A stretch of DNA of 64,000 bases from Amoebophrya sp. A120. Its lineage: Eukaryota; Protista; Dinoflagellata. How positions within the stretch are numbered: the stretch's first letter is position 1; every line of letters begins with the position of its first letter. Location of the stretch: positions 1,191,560 to 1,255,559 of the forward strand of contig CAJINV010000003.1 in assembly GCA_905178155.1 (NCBI GenBank), given 5' to 3'. Below the pieces are notes generated by a model, which was given only the letters and a program-made list of their open reading frames with translations, ran no database searches and was not told the DNA's origin. Below are positions 47,901 through 62,900 of the stretch, one piece after another. The position numbers and the translations under genes are program-made.

Positions 47901-50900
47901 GCCCGCTTCCCAGCCGCACGGCCGTACGGACGGATAAAGAGGACCCGACGCTGACAAAGTTCAGCACTGAGAGACAGCTGCCGATCTGGGATTTTCGCCG
48001 TAGTGAGAGAGAAGAGCCCAAATTGACGAACTGCACCACCGACATCATGCCGCCCAAGGCGCTGGTGGCCCGCAGCGAGACGGAGCTACCAATATGCAGG
48101 TAGTCGAGAACACTGCAGTGTTCGGACACGCGCAGCCGGCCCTTGACGGACAGGGAGCTGCCCAGTCGGGACACGGAGCGCACGGACAGCGAGCTGCCGA
48201 GCGTCAAGTAATCCAGCGCCGACATGCGTGAACCCATGGCGGTGAAGCTGCGGAGCGAGCAGGACGAAGCCAGGTTCAGGAAGTCCAGGACGGACAACCG
48301 GTTGCCACAGCTAGTCTGCAGGTTTCCAAACAACGACACTCCACTGCCCACGCGGCTGAAGCCGCGGAGCGACAACGCGCTGCCGCAACTGGCGAAGTCG
48401 AGTACGGAGACCTGTCCGCCGAGACGTGCGAAGCTGCGCAGGGAGAGTGTGGAGCCGACGTTGAGCTGCGAGTACACGGAGAGGCGTTGTCCCAGCTCCG
48501 TGTTGGCCCCGATGCTGCACCGGTTTTCGCCGCCAATTCCGAGCGCAACTTTCCCCCCTGCAACCGACAAACCGCTTCCGAACCGCACGAAGCTGCGGAC
48601 CGAGAGCGCGCTGCCGAGACCCACCGCGTCCAGAATGGACATGCAGCTGCCGCTGCGGGTGAAGCCGCGGAGCGACATAGTGCTGCCGAGGTGCGCGAAC
48701 TGCATCACGGACATGCTGGTGCCCAGTCGGACCGCACTGCGGACGCTCAACGAGCTTCCGACCATGGTGAAGTTGATGATACTGCAGCTCTTGACGGAGC
48801 CCACAACCGTGCTGCCGAAGACGCTCATGGTGCTACCGAGCCGGACAAAGGCGCGCACGCTCATGGCCGAACCCAGTTGGACGTAGTCCATCACCGACAA
48901 CGCGTTCCCGGACCGCGCCATGCTGCGCAGGGAAAGCGAGCTTCCGAACGAGATCGAGTCGAGGATGGACACGTGCGATCCGAACTGCGCGAACGAGCGG
49001 AGCGACATCGAACTGCCGATGTGCACGAATTCCATCACGGACACGTTTGCCGCCGCGCGGACAAAAGACCCCCGCACGGACAAACTAGATCCTAACGTGA
49101 GGCAATCCAGTATTGACGCGCGGCAACCGAGACGTACGTTCGGGCCGCAGACACTCATAGAACTTCCCAGTCGCGTGAAGGCCCGGAGGGAGACACTGCT
49201 GCCCAAAGTGATGCTGTCCAGCACCGACATCTTGGAGCCGAGACGCATCACGGCCCGGATCGAGATGGACGAGCCGAGCGAGACCGCGTCCAAGGCGGAG
49301 AAGGAGCCCTGCACGGTGAGCTTGTCAAAGACGGAGCACGAGGACCCGAGCCGGACGAACTGCCGCAGCGAAATTGCCGATCCGACCGCGACGTAGTCGA
49401 GGACGCTGGCGTTCGATCCCATGCGCGTGAAGGACCGCATGCTGACGGAGCTGCCCATGGTCTGCCAGTTGATGATCGACAACTTCATGCAGCTACCGAC
49501 GCCAAGCCGCCCGTACACGCTGAAGCCGCTGCCGCAGCGAGCGGTCGCGCGCAGGGACAGCGCGGAGCCGAGATTGGCGAAGTTCAGCACGGAGACGTTG
49601 CTGCTCAGCCGCGAGACGCCGCGAAGGGAGACAGAAGAGCCGAGGTGGCAGCACGCGAGCACGGACAAGCTTTGCCCCAGTCGCGCCTCTCCCTTGACAC
49701 TCACGCTGCTGCCGATGCGGACGAATTGCCGCACGGAGAGGGACGAGGAGAGCAGCGTGAAATCGAGGATCGAAAAATCCTTACCCGCCCGGACGAAGGA
49801 CCGCACGGACAAGGAACTTCCCAGCGTGACGAGGTCCATGACGGACATCTTCAGCATGGAACCGGCAACGCCCAAGCCATGGACGCTGCAGGCGCTACCA
49901 ACTCTGACGAACTGGCGGACCGAGACGGTGCTGCCCAGGTTGACGCAGTTCAGGATGCTCAAGGTCGTGCCGAGTTTTGCGGACCGGCGCAGCGAGAGGC
50001 TGGAGCCCAGGTTGACGAAAGCTAAAACGGACATGTTGTCACCCACGCGGGCGCGACCCGTGACGGACAGCGAGGAGCCCACGCGCGAGAACCCGCGGAC
50101 GGACAAGCAAGAGCCCACGGCAATCATGTCGAGCGTCGACAGCGCGGAACCCATGCGAGCGAAGCTGCGCAACGAGACGGAACTTGCCATGTTGACAAAG
50201 TCGATGACGCTGGACCGCAAGACCGAGCCCGTATTGACCAGGCCGTGCACGGAGACGGAACTGCCAAAGCGCGAGAACTGACGGATACTCAACGCGGATC
50301 CCAGCTGCGTGTACGACAACGCGCTGATCGCGCTCCCGCATCGGGCGTAACCGCGCATGCTCACACTGGATCCGAGGTGCAGAAAGCTCAACACCGACAT
50401 CTTGCTGCCAAACTGCGCGGCCTTGACGACGGACGCGGACGAGCCCAGGCGCACGTAGGTACGGGCGGACAGGGACGACCCGAGGTGCACGAAGGACAAG
50501 ATGGACATGCTGCTGCCGAAGCGAGCGATCGACCGCATCGAGTAGCTGCTACCGATCTGCATCGCACCCAGAATGGAGAACGACGCACCGACGTCCATGC
50601 GCTGCGTGGACTGGCCGAAGATGCTGCATCCGGAGCCGAGGCGCGTGAACTGCCGCAGCGACAGGCTGCTGCCGAGGCTGGCCGCGTCGAGGACCGAAAG
50701 CGACGAGCCGAGGCGGGCAAAGCTTCGCAGCGACAGCGAGCTGCCCAGGTGGCACTGCTGGATGACGCTCAGCCGCAAGCAGCTGCCGGTGGCCGCCATG
50801 CCCAGCGCAGATAGGTTCGACCCGACGCGGACGAAGCTGCGGACGGAGAACGAGGAGCCAATCTGCGACATCATCAGGATCGACACGGCGGAGCCCAAAC

Positions 50901-53900
50901 GCGCGGTGCAGCGGCACGACATAGAGCTTCCGAGGTTGCAGAAGTCCAGCACCGAAGCACCCAAGCCGGCCCGAATGCGACCGAGGATCGAGACCGAGCT
51001 GCCGACGCGGGCCATCGCCCGGATGGACACGCTGCTACCCAAGTTCAAGAAGTCGAAGATCGACATGCGCGATCCCAAGCGCACCTGCGTGCGCACCGAA
51101 ATCGCACTTCCGATGTGCGCACACCAGGCCACGGAGATGGAACCCGCCAGACGCGCGAGTTGTCCCACGGAAACCGAGCTACCCAACCGCGCGACCGCAC
51201 GCATGGACAGCGAACTGCCGACGGTGGTGAAGTCCAGCACGGACAACGTCTTTCCGAAGCGAGCCGTGGACCGAACAGATAACGAACTGCCCATGATGGC
51301 CCACTGGATGACGGATTGCTTCATGCAGGAGCCGCAGTTGAACTGGCCCTTCACGCTCATGCCGCTGCCGATGCGCACGAAGTTGCGGACGGACAGGGCG
51401 GAGCCGAGTGTGACGAAGTCCAAAACCGACATCGAACTCGACATGCGCGAGTAGCTGCGCAACGACACCGTGGAACCCACGTTCAGGAAGTGGAACATCG
51501 ACACCGACTCGCCGAACCGACCGAAGCAGCGGATCGACATCGAGGATCCTAAACTGAGGAAGTCGAGCGTCGACATCTTCGAGCCGAGTTGCGCGATGGA
51601 TCGGACCGACAAAGAGCTTCCAATCGCGATTTCTTGCATGATGGACGTCTTGCCGGCAATGCGGACGCGGTCCCCGCGAACGGACAGACTGCTGCCGCAC
51701 CGCATGTACGACCGCATACTGATCGAGCTGCCCAGGTTCACCAGGTTGAAGACGCTCAGCATGGATCCCGACCGCGACATGGCGCGAATCGACATGGAGG
51801 AGCCCAAGTGCAGGAAGCCCAGCACCGAGCACTTGTCACCACCGATCATCCGGCCGGTTAAACTGCAGGCGGAGCCCAATCTGGCGTAGTTGCGGACCGA
51901 CAAGGCCGAACCGACCGTCATGCCGTCCAGGACGGAGAGCATGCTCCCGATGCGCGCGAACGAACGCAGGGACAAGCTGCTCGCCACGTGCAAGAAGCCT
52001 TCCACCGACAAGCGGAAGCACGACGAGCACTGCAGCGTGCCGGACACGCTGACACAGCTACCCACCCGCAGGAACGAGCGGATGGAGACTGCGGAGCCGA
52101 AGCTGGCGAAGTTCAGCTGCGACAAGTGCCCGCCCATGCGCGACACCTGGCGGACGCTCAGCGAGCTGCCCAAGTTCGTGAAGCACAGCACCGAGGTGCC
52201 GCCGTACATCTTGGTCATCGCACGGATGGACAAGGAAGACCCGAGGGTGGTGTGCATCATCACGGACAGTGCGTCGCTGATGCGCGTCTTGCCGCACACG
52301 GAGAGACCGCTTCCGACCCGGGCGGCAGATCTCAGGGAGAGTGAAGAAGCGACGCTGACGAAGTCCATCACGCTGGCGTTCTGGCCGAGCCGCGCGTGCG
52401 TGCGCAGCGAGAGGCTCGAGCCCAAAGTGGTTTGCGCAACGACGGACAACGCGTAGAGCGAACCCGTGCGCGCCAAGCCCATGAAGCTGCATCCGGACCC
52501 TAACCGAACGTAGGACCGCACGGACAGCGAGGAGCCCAGGTTGGCGAAGCCGAGCATGCTGGCCGAAGTTCCAAAGCGCACTTGGTTCCGGATCGACAGC
52601 GAGCTGCCGAGACTGACGTAGTCCAACACGGAAAGCTTGCCCTGCAGCACGTTTTTGTTGGCCAGGTTGTCAGCGCACGACACGCTGAAGCCGGAGCCAA
52701 TGCGGAGGACCGTGCGCAAGCTCAGGGAGGAACCCAAAGCAAAGTGGTCGATGATGCTCATGCGCGATCCGCACCGCACCATGCTGCGCGTCGACAGGGT
52801 GGAGCCTAGCGTCACGAAGTCCAGGACGGACAGGTTCGAGGACAGACGGGCGAACGACCGCAGGCTGACCGAGGATCCAATGCCGACGTAGCTGAGAACG
52901 GACAGGCTGTCCCCGCACGAGCCGCGGCTGCGGAGCGACAAGGAGCTACCAATGGCGAGGAAGTCCATGACGCTCATGCGGGACACCGACCCGACGCACT
53001 GCAAACCGTGGACGGAGACGCTGGAGCCAATGCGCATGTAGCTGCGCATCGACAATCCGCTGCCCAAGGCACACATGTCCAGCACGCTGATGTCACCCGC
53101 AATGCGGCTGTACTGGCGAATCGAGACGGAGGACCCGACGTGGCACCATTGCAGCACGCTGGCCTTCATGCAACTGCCCATGTTGAGCAGGCCGCTGACG
53201 ACCAGAGCCGAGCCGCACCGCGAGTACGATCGCATCGAGAGACTCGAGCCCAGGGTCACGCAGTTCAAAACCGACATGGCCGAGGCAAATCGGGCGGTGC
53301 TGCGGAGCGACAAACTGCTGCCGGCGTGCGAGAAGCCCAAGACGGACAGGTCCATGCCCATTCGACTGGTGCCGCAGATGCTGCACGCGGAGGAGGAGCG
53401 GAGGAACGACCGAATGGAGAGTGAAGAGCCGATCGCCAGGTAGTCCAGTAGCGAAGCGCGGCTGCCCAATCTGGAGACGCTGCGTGTGGACATGCTAGAC
53501 CCGCACTGCATGAAGTCAATCACGCTCGCCCGCAAGCAGGACCCGACGGCGGTGAGACCGAACACGGACAAAGCTGATCCGACACGGCAGTAGTTGCGCA
53601 TCGAGAAGGAGCTTCCCATGCTCATGAAGTCCAGCGTCGACAACCGACTTCCGAATCGCGCCGACGCACGAATCGAGAGCGAGCTGCCGAACTGTGCGTA
53701 GTCAAGGAGGGAGACGTTGGCGTTGGCCCGCACCTTGCACCGCACGCTGAGGGCAGAACCTAAATGGATCTGCGAAAGGATCGACAATGAGTCGCCCATC
53801 TTGATACTCCCGAGCACGGACATGGAGGAGCCAACCCGGATGGCGGCCCGTACGGACAGCGTGCTACCGACGGAGGACATATCCAGCAGCGAAAATTTCC

Positions 53901-56900
53901 CGCCGACATTGACCGGGGCGTTGAAGATGGACAAGGCCGAGCCGCAACGTGCGTAGGCCCGCAGGGACAAGGAGGACCCAACCGTGATGAAGCTGAAGAC
54001 GCTGATGGCCGAACCGAAGCGTCCGAAGCTGCGCACGCTCATGGACGATCCCAGGGACATTTCCTGGATCACGGACATCTGGTACGCGGAACCGACACGC
54101 GCCAATCCCATGCAGGACAGGGACGAGCCGCAGCGAGCAGCGGCCCGAATGCTCAGCGAGCTACCGCACTGGCCGAAGTTCAGCACGGAGAAGCTCTTCC
54201 CCACCCGCACTTGCCGTCGCACGCTGAAGGACGAGCCGACCGCGGCGAAGTCCAGGAGAGACATCGCGCTGCCGAAGCGAGCCGTTGCGCGCAGGGATAA
54301 CGCGGATCCCATCGCCACGTTGTCGAGCACCGACAGGCCGCCACCGAGACGGGCAACCCCGCGGAGCGACAAGGCGGAGCCGAGCGACACATTCCCGAGG
54401 ATCGAGAAGCGATCGCCGGCACGCAGCGTGCTCCACACGCTTGCAGCGCTGCCGAGACGCGCGTACGCACGCAGCGACAGAGCGGAACCGCAGTGCGCAA
54501 ACTCCAAGTGTGACAGGGAGCTGCCGCACCGGACGACGGACCGCACACTGAAGCTAGAGCCGAACAGCGCCCAATCCAGCACGGAGCAGCCACCCATCGT
54601 TCGCGACGCACCCATCACGGACAGCGAACTGCCGATGCGGGCCACACTGCGGATGCTGAACGTGCTACCCATCTGCATGAAGTCCAACACGCTACAGTTG
54701 GAACCGAACCGAGCGGACGATCGCACAGAGATGGTGGAGCCCATGGAAACGAAGGACAAAACGCTGACGTTGTCGGAGACCCTGGCGGAGGCGCGCAGGG
54801 AGATGGACGAGCCCAGATGGAAGCAGTCCAGCACGGATACCTGGCTTCCGAACTTGGCGAACGACCGGACGGACAAACTGCTTCCGAAGTTGCTCAACCC
54901 GATCACGGAGAGGCGGCACACGGAGCCCACGTTGAACATACCCGCGACGGAGAAGCCGGAGCCTACGCGCGAGTACTGGCGGAGACTGAGCGACGAGCCC
55001 AGAATCAGCGTGTCCAACACGGAGCACCTGGATCCGAACTCAGCCATGGCGCGAATTGAAACACTGCTGCCGAGCGACATCATGTCCAACACGGACAATC
55101 GGACTCCGAAGGACGCGACAGCCTCCTTGCTCACGCGGTTGACGCTGAAGCCGGAGCCTAAGCGCGCCACGGCCCGCACAGACAATGCGGATCCCATGTA
55201 CACGGCGTCCAGAACGGACAAGGTCTTGCCCATCTTGGTGAACATGCGCAGCGACATGGAGCTGCCGAGGGTGGTTTGCGCCAGGACCGAGCAACCGCCG
55301 CCGACCCGCGCGCTCTGCAACAGGGAAAGCCCAGATCCGATGCGAGCGAAAGCGCGGACCGAGAGGGAGGATCCCATCATCAGGTGGTCAAACACGGAGC
55401 TGACGCTGCTCATTCGCGCGAACCCGCGAACGGAGCAAGTCGATGCGAGGTTCGTCATCTCGATCACCGACAGTCGGTAGACGGAGCCCATGGCACACCG
55501 TCCTGCAACGCTGAAGCCGGAGCCCGCACGGACGTACGAGCGCAGGGACAGACTGCTACCACAGTCGGAGAAGTTCAGGATGCTCAGGCTGCCGCCGAAC
55601 CGGGCGGTCGCACGGACCGACACGTTGCTGCCAAGATGGACCGCGTCGAGCACGGATAAACCGCCTCTACCGCCAATCACGTTGCTCTTTCCGGTGCAGC
55701 TGGCGATCGAAAGCGCGCTGCCGAATCGGGCGTAGTTGCGCAGCGACAACGAGGACCCAAAGGCCGTGTAGTTGAGGATACTGCACTGCGAGCCGAAACG
55801 CGTTGTGGAACGGATCGACAGACTAGAGCCGATGTGCGTCGCACCCACGATAGATAGCTTCTTCATGGAACCAACCTGCGTCAGACCCATCACGGAGAAA
55901 GAACTGCCCAGGCGCGTGAAGGTCCGCATGGACACGGACGATCCCGCAAGGGCGAATCCGAGAACGCTGAGGGCGCTTCCGAACCGGGAACCGCCTCGGA
56001 GGGAGATGGCGGAACCGCAGGACATGCTGTCCAGCACACTCAGCATGGAACCGATTCTGCTCAAAGATCGCAGAGATAAGCTGCTTCCGCAAGCGATCTG
56101 CGCCAGCACCGACACGTCATTTCCGAACCGCGACTGCTGGTTCACCGAGAACGAGGACCCGAGACGCACGTATTGGCGAACGGAAAGGGCGGAACCGAGC
56201 GAAACCATGTCCAGGATCGAGAACTTGCTGCCGAAGCTGACAGTCGACCGCACACTCATGCTGCTGCCGAGCGTGACGTAGTCCAGGACGGAGACCTGCG
56301 CACCCAATCGCGTGAAGGTGCGGATCGACATGGACGACCCGACGGCCACCGAGCCCAGCACGGAGAGCTGCGCACCCGCTCGCATATCGGCGAGAACGGA
56401 CATAGTGGACCCGACGCGGGCGTAACCGCGCAGGGACAAGCTCGATCCCAGGTTCACGAAGTTGAGCGTAGATAACGAGCTTCCAAGGCGCACCGTGGAC
56501 CGCAAGCTGACGGAACTGCCGATGTTCACGTATTCCAGCACAGACAAACAGTTGCCGGCCTTGAACGCCAACCGCAGGGACAAGGAGCTTCCGAGTTCCA
56601 CGTGGGAGAGGACGGAGAGTGCCGCTCCCATCCGGGTACTGTCCTTGACGGATAAAGACGAGCCGATGCGTGCCACGCACCGCAAGGACAACGAGCTGCC
56701 CAGGGTGAACATGTCCAGCAGGGTGGTGCCGCTGGCGAACCGCGCAAAGGACCGGACGGAAAGCGAGCTCCCGAGGCACAGGCGATCCAGCAACGAGGTC
56801 TTGCAGACGGAGCCGAAGGCGGCCAATCCGTGGACCGAGACCCCGCTGCCCAGTCGAGTCATCGCACGCACGCTGAGCGCGCTGCCCATGTTCATGAAGT

Positions 56901-59900
56901 CGAAGACTGAGGTCTTCCCGCCGAACCGCGTGAACGAGCGGCAGGACAGGCTGCTTCCCATCTGGACAAACTGGATCACGGACACACCTAAAACGGACCC
57001 GACCTTCGAGGCCCCGAGCACGCTCAGCGAAGAACCGACACGCACGACGCTGCGAACGGAAAGCGAAGATCCCAAGTTGAAGAAGTCCAAAACCGAGACC
57101 TTGCTGCCCGCGCGGGCGTAGGAGCGCACGGACAAACTGCTTCCGAGGCCGGCGAAGTTGAGGATGGACATCTCGGACCCAAGACGAGACGCGCTGCGGA
57201 GGGATAAAGCGCTACCGAGCGCGACCGACTGAATCACGGACATGGTCATGGTGGAGCCGCACGCAAAGAGTCCGAACAGGGACACGCTGGACCCCAGGCG
57301 AGCCACTGCGCGAAGACTTAAGCTTGACCCGGTGTTCGTGAAGTCCAGAAGCGACAACGCCGATCCCATCTTGACGGAAGCGCGCACCGAAAGAGAGCTG
57401 CCCAGGTGGAGGAAGCTCAGGACGCTTGTGCGTCCGCCCATGCGGAGGTCTTTGCCAAACACGCTCATCGACGATCCGAGGCGGATGTAGTTGCGGAGAC
57501 TGAGCGACGACCCGAGCACCACCGCGTCCAAAACGGACAACTGGCTGCCGAAGCTGCCGCAACTGCGCATGGACAGCGAACTTCCCAAGTGCAGCCACTT
57601 CAGCACGGACACGGACTCCGAAATCTTGCAGGCGCCCTGCAGGCTCAAGCCGCTGCCAACTCTGGCGAACTGGCGGACGGACATGCTGCTTCCCATGTTC
57701 AGGAAGTCCAGGATCGAAACCCGACTGCCGACTTCCGCGAACGCGCGGACACTCAGGGACGAGCCGAGCGTGGCGAAGCCGAGCAGACTGGCGGCGTACA
57801 CGGACCCCGTGCGCAACAGGCCGTGGATGCTCATGCCGCTTCCACAACGGGCGCAGGCACGGACGCTCATCCCACTTCCGATCTGCGCGAAGTTGAGAAT
57901 CGAGATCTTGCTGCCGAGACGGACAAACTGCCGGACGGACACCGAGCTGCCGATCTCGCACTGGTCGATGACGGAGAGGTTCAAGCAGCTGCCCACCTTC
58001 GTCAAGCCGAGCACCGAGCAAGCGGACCCGACGCGCACGAAGTTTCGCAGGGAAATCGAGCTGCCTAAAGTCACCATGTCCGACAAGCTCATCCTGCTTC
58101 CCAACCGCACGTGGCTGCGCACCGAGAAGCTGGACCCGAGGTTCACGCTGTCAAGCGCAGAGAGCTCCTTACCAATCCGAGCGTAGCTGCCCGCAACTGA
58201 AAGGGAAGATCCGCAACGGGCAACCCCCCGGAGCGACAGCGAGGACCCGAGGTGCACGAACGCTAGCACCGAGGTGGCGGACCCGACCCGCGTTGCGGAA
58301 CGCAACGATAAAGTCGAACCCAGACTGAGGTAGTCCATAATCGACAGTGCACCCGCCATACTGTTCAACAAGGCGCCCGCGATGCTGCACGTGGAGCCGA
58401 TTCGCGTGGCCGCCCGAAGAGATAACGAGCTGCCCATGTTCAGGAAATCGAAGATGGACATCCGACTGCCGACGCGCGCGTACGAGCGGACGGAGATGGT
58501 CGAGCCCAAGTGCAGGTAGTCCACCATGGAGACCGCGAACGCGGAACCAATCTTGGCGATGCCGTGCACGGAGACGCCGGAGCCGCACCGCATGTAGGAG
58601 CGGATCGACAAGGCGGACCCGATGGTCATGAAGTCCAGCACGGACTGGCGCTCGCCGATGCGCGTGAAACTTCTGACAGACACCGCGCTACCGAAGACCG
58701 CGAAGTTTGTCACGGAGAGTCGCCCGCCCAGCGCACCGCTCATGCGCACCGAGATCGAGGATCCGAGGTTCAAGAAATCGAACACCGACATCGCAGACCC
58801 GAAGTTGGCGAAGGACCGGACGCTCAGCGAGCTGCCCAGCATCAGGTACTCCAGCACGGAGCAGCGGCCGCCCACCCGGGCCTGCCCGAAGGCAGACATC
58901 GCCGAGCCCGCACGAATCCAGTTGCGCACAGAGAGGCCCGAGGCGAGCGTCGTGAAGTCCAGCACCGAGATCGACTTGGAAAACCGCGTGAACCCGCGGA
59001 GGGAAACTGTGCTACCGCAGTGAATCTGCCCGAGAACACTCGCGTCCGCGCCGACACGCATTTTGTTGAACAGCGACATGCCGCTGCCCAGCCGGACGCA
59101 GGCGCGTGTGGACAGCGAGCTGCCGAGATTCAAGAAGTCCAACACGCTCGCAGACTCGCCCATGCGCGTGAAGGAACGCACACTCATGGTGCTCGCCGCG
59201 AGCGTGGCGCCGATGATCGACAGCCGGTACACGGAGCCGACCGCCGTACGGCCGTGCACGCTGAGACCGGACCCGACTCTTGCGAATTGCCGGATCGACA
59301 CACTGGACGCGACGTTCACGAAGTCCAGCACCGATAATCTTTCGCCAAATCTCGTAGTGGAGCGCACGGAGAGCGAGCTTCCGCAAGACACGGCATCCAG
59401 GACGGAGACCATGCTACTAATCCTGGCCGAGCACGCGACGCTCATCGCGCTACCGATGCGGACGAAGTTCCGGACCGACACGGCGGACCCGAAGGTGGCA
59501 AAGTCCAGCGAGGACATCGCGCTGCCGCAACGAGCGAAGGAACGCAAGGAAACGGCGCTACCGAGAGTGACTAAATCCAGGATGCTCAAGCTCTTTCCGA
59601 ACTTGGCGAACGAACGCAGCGAGAAGCTGCTGCCGAGGTGCATCTGGCCGATCACCGACATGCGGTTCACGGAACCGAGGTAGGTCTTACCCATCACGGA
59701 GAGCGAGCTACCTAACCGTGCCTGGTTGCGGATGGAGATGGAACTGCCGCACTGCAGGTAGTCAAAGACGGACATCTGCGTTCCGAACCTGGCGCGCGGG
59801 TAGATGCTGAGACCCGCACTGGTACCGAACATGTCCACGTCGCCGTGCACCGACAGGTAGCTTCCGAGCCGGGCCATGCTGCGCAGACTGATGCTGGAGC

Positions 59901-62900
59901 CGAGGTTCAAGAAATCGAGCACGGAAAGGGAAGACCCTAGCCGGCCCAGACCGCGAACCGATAGTGAACTGCCAAGCAGCATGAAGTCCATCACGGAGGC
60001 GCTCATGCCCACTCGTAAGCCGGCGGTCAGCGACAGGGAGGACCCGAGTCGCCCGTATGCTCTCAGCGACAGCGCGGACCCCATGTTGGTGTAGTCCAAC
60101 ACGGACACCGCGGACCCGACGCGAGCGAAGGACCGCATGGATAAAGCGGATCCTAAATGTACTTGGCTCATCACGGAGAACAAGCCGGTAAGTCTTGCGT
60201 GCGCTCCCTGGACGGAGAACGACGAGCCGAACCGAATAAACGCGCGGACCGACACCGCCGAGCCAAGGGAGGCCATGTCGAGGACGCTGCAAGAAGAGCC
60301 GAGGTTCGAGTACGAGCGCAAGCTGACCGAGCTTCCGCAGTGCGCAAAGTCGATCACGGAAATCGCAAGCGCGCTGCCGACCTTGAACAGGCCGTGCACG
60401 CTCAACCCGCTTCCGATACGCGCGTACGTGCGAAGGGAGAGCGCGCTGCCCAGGTTCAGGAAGTCCACCACGGACATCGAGCTGCCGCAGCGAGACATTC
60501 CGCGCACGGAAAGCGCCGAACCGAAGGAAACTTGACTCAAAACCGACAGGCTGGCCGCAATCCGCGCGCTGCCGAAGGAGGACACGGCGGACCCGATGCG
60601 AGCGACTGAACGGAGAGAGCACGTGGAGCCCAGGTGCACGTAGCTGAGGATGGAGACCATGGACCCGATCCGCGCGCACTGCCGGAGCGAGCACGAGCTT
60701 CCCAGCATTGCCGTACCGATCACCGAGAGCTTCAGACAGCTGCCGAGCGCGAACTTGCCGTGCACGCTGAAGGCGCTGCCGAAGCGAGCGCACTGGCGAA
60801 TTGAGAGACTGGAGCCAAACATGGCGAAGTCCAGCACGGACGCCATGGAGCCGCAGGTGGCGCGGGCGCGGAGGCTCATTCCGGAGCCGAAGGACGCGAA
60901 GTCCAGGACCGAAAGGTTGGACCCGCAGCGACCCGTGCTGCGCACGGACAACGCTCCGCCGATGTTGGAGAACTCGAGCACGCTCATCTGGCTACCCATG
61001 CGCACGTGAGCGCGCACAGACAGCGAGCTGGCCAGGTGCGTTTGGTCGAGCAGCGAGAAGCGGCAACCGGACAACGCCATGACGGAAATCGCCGAGCCAA
61101 ACCGCGTGTACTGCCGGACGGACAGCGCCGAACCCATGCTGACGAAGCCGAGAATGGACAGGGCGGAGCCGCACCGACCAGACGCGCGCAGCGAACAGCT
61201 GGACCCCAAGGAGAAGTAGTCCGCGACGGAGACGCTGCATCCGATACGCGCGAAGCCGCCACCGAAGGCGCTCAACGAGCTGCCCAGTCTTGCCGCCCCA
61301 CGCAAGGAGAGAGCGGAGCCCATGGTCACGTAGTCCAAAACCGACATCGAGCCGCCGAACCGCGCGAAGCTGCGCAAACTCAAGGTGCTCCCGATGGACA
61401 TGGCGTCCAATACAGAGATGCTGTGCGTGCTTCCGAGGAACGCCAAACCGGCCACACTGCACCCAGAGCCGACACGGGCGTAGTTGCGGAGAGAAAGCGC
61501 GGAACCCAGGTTGATAGCATCCAGCACGGAGAACTTCGAGCCGAACCGAACAAACCCTCGAACCGACAGGCTGCTTCCGAGCGACACCTGTTGCAGAATC
61601 GAGAGCGGACTCTGCAGCACCGCCATCGCACCGGCAAGAGATAAACTGCTGCCCATGCGCGCGAACGCCCGCATCGAGAACGACGAACCGTAGCTGACGT
61701 AGTCAAGCACACTCAACGCGCCGGACAGTTTTCCGTATTGCCGCATGGAGATGGAGGATCCGAGAGATAAGTGGTCGAACACGGAGAGACGCTGTCCGAG
61801 TCTGGCGTAGTTGGCCACGGTTAGGTACTGCGACACGGTCACGTCGTGCAAGTTCGCCTTGGACCCGACGCTGATCGTGGAGCCCATACGGACGAACCCA
61901 CGCACGGACAACGCGGAGCCGAGGGACAAAACGTCGAACACGGAGGTCGTGGACCCGAACCGGGACATGCCGCGAATCGACAACGCGGAGCCCATGGCTG
62001 CCATGCCCACGACGGACATGAACTGCACCGAGCCCAACATCACACTTCCCGTAACGGACAGAGCCGATCCAATGCGCGTGAAGCTGCGCACGGAGATGCT
62101 GGAGCCGAGCGAGGCAAAGTTCAACGCCGACATGCACGAACCGAGGCGTAGACTCGAGAACGCGGAGAGCCCGGAACCCAGGCGGGAGACAGCGCGCACG
62201 GACAAAGTGCTCCCGGCATTCAAAAAGTCGAACATCGAGCACTGCGAACCGAATCTGGAAAGCGTGCGGATCGACAATCCCGATCCGACCTGACCCGCGT
62301 CGAGGAGAGAAATGCTGCAACCGCACCGCGAGTGTCCGAAGAAGCTCATCGAGCTGCCGACCCGGCAGTACGCACGGATAGAGAGCGAGCTCCCGAGCGC
62401 CACGTGGGCTAGGACAGACAGCGAACTGCCGAACCGACCGCACGAGAAGGTCGACAACGAGCTTCCCATCCGCATGAACCCGCGAAGACTCAAGGCGCTG
62501 CTCAGGTTGAAGAACTCTTTCAGTGAGAACTCGTCGCCAAACCGGATCTGGCCCTTGACGGACAACGCGGATCCCAGTCGAGCGAGCCCGCGGACCGAGA
62601 TGGCTGAACCCAAGACCATGAAGTCCATCATCGACAGCCCGCCCAAGCCGGAGCGCACCCGCGACTTGATGGAGAAGGAGCTGCCGATGCGCGCGTAGCT
62701 GCGCAGCGACATTGAGCTTCCGACCGTCACCGCCGCGAGGGCGGACATCTGGTTCGACAGCCGGCACCATCCGAAGAAGGAGACGGTCGAGCCAAATCGG
62801 GCGAAGGAACGCAGCGACAAACTGGAACCGATCGCCGTGGCCTCCAGCGCAGACAGCGAGCCGCCGAGTTGCGAGTTGGAGAACAGGGACAGTCCGGATC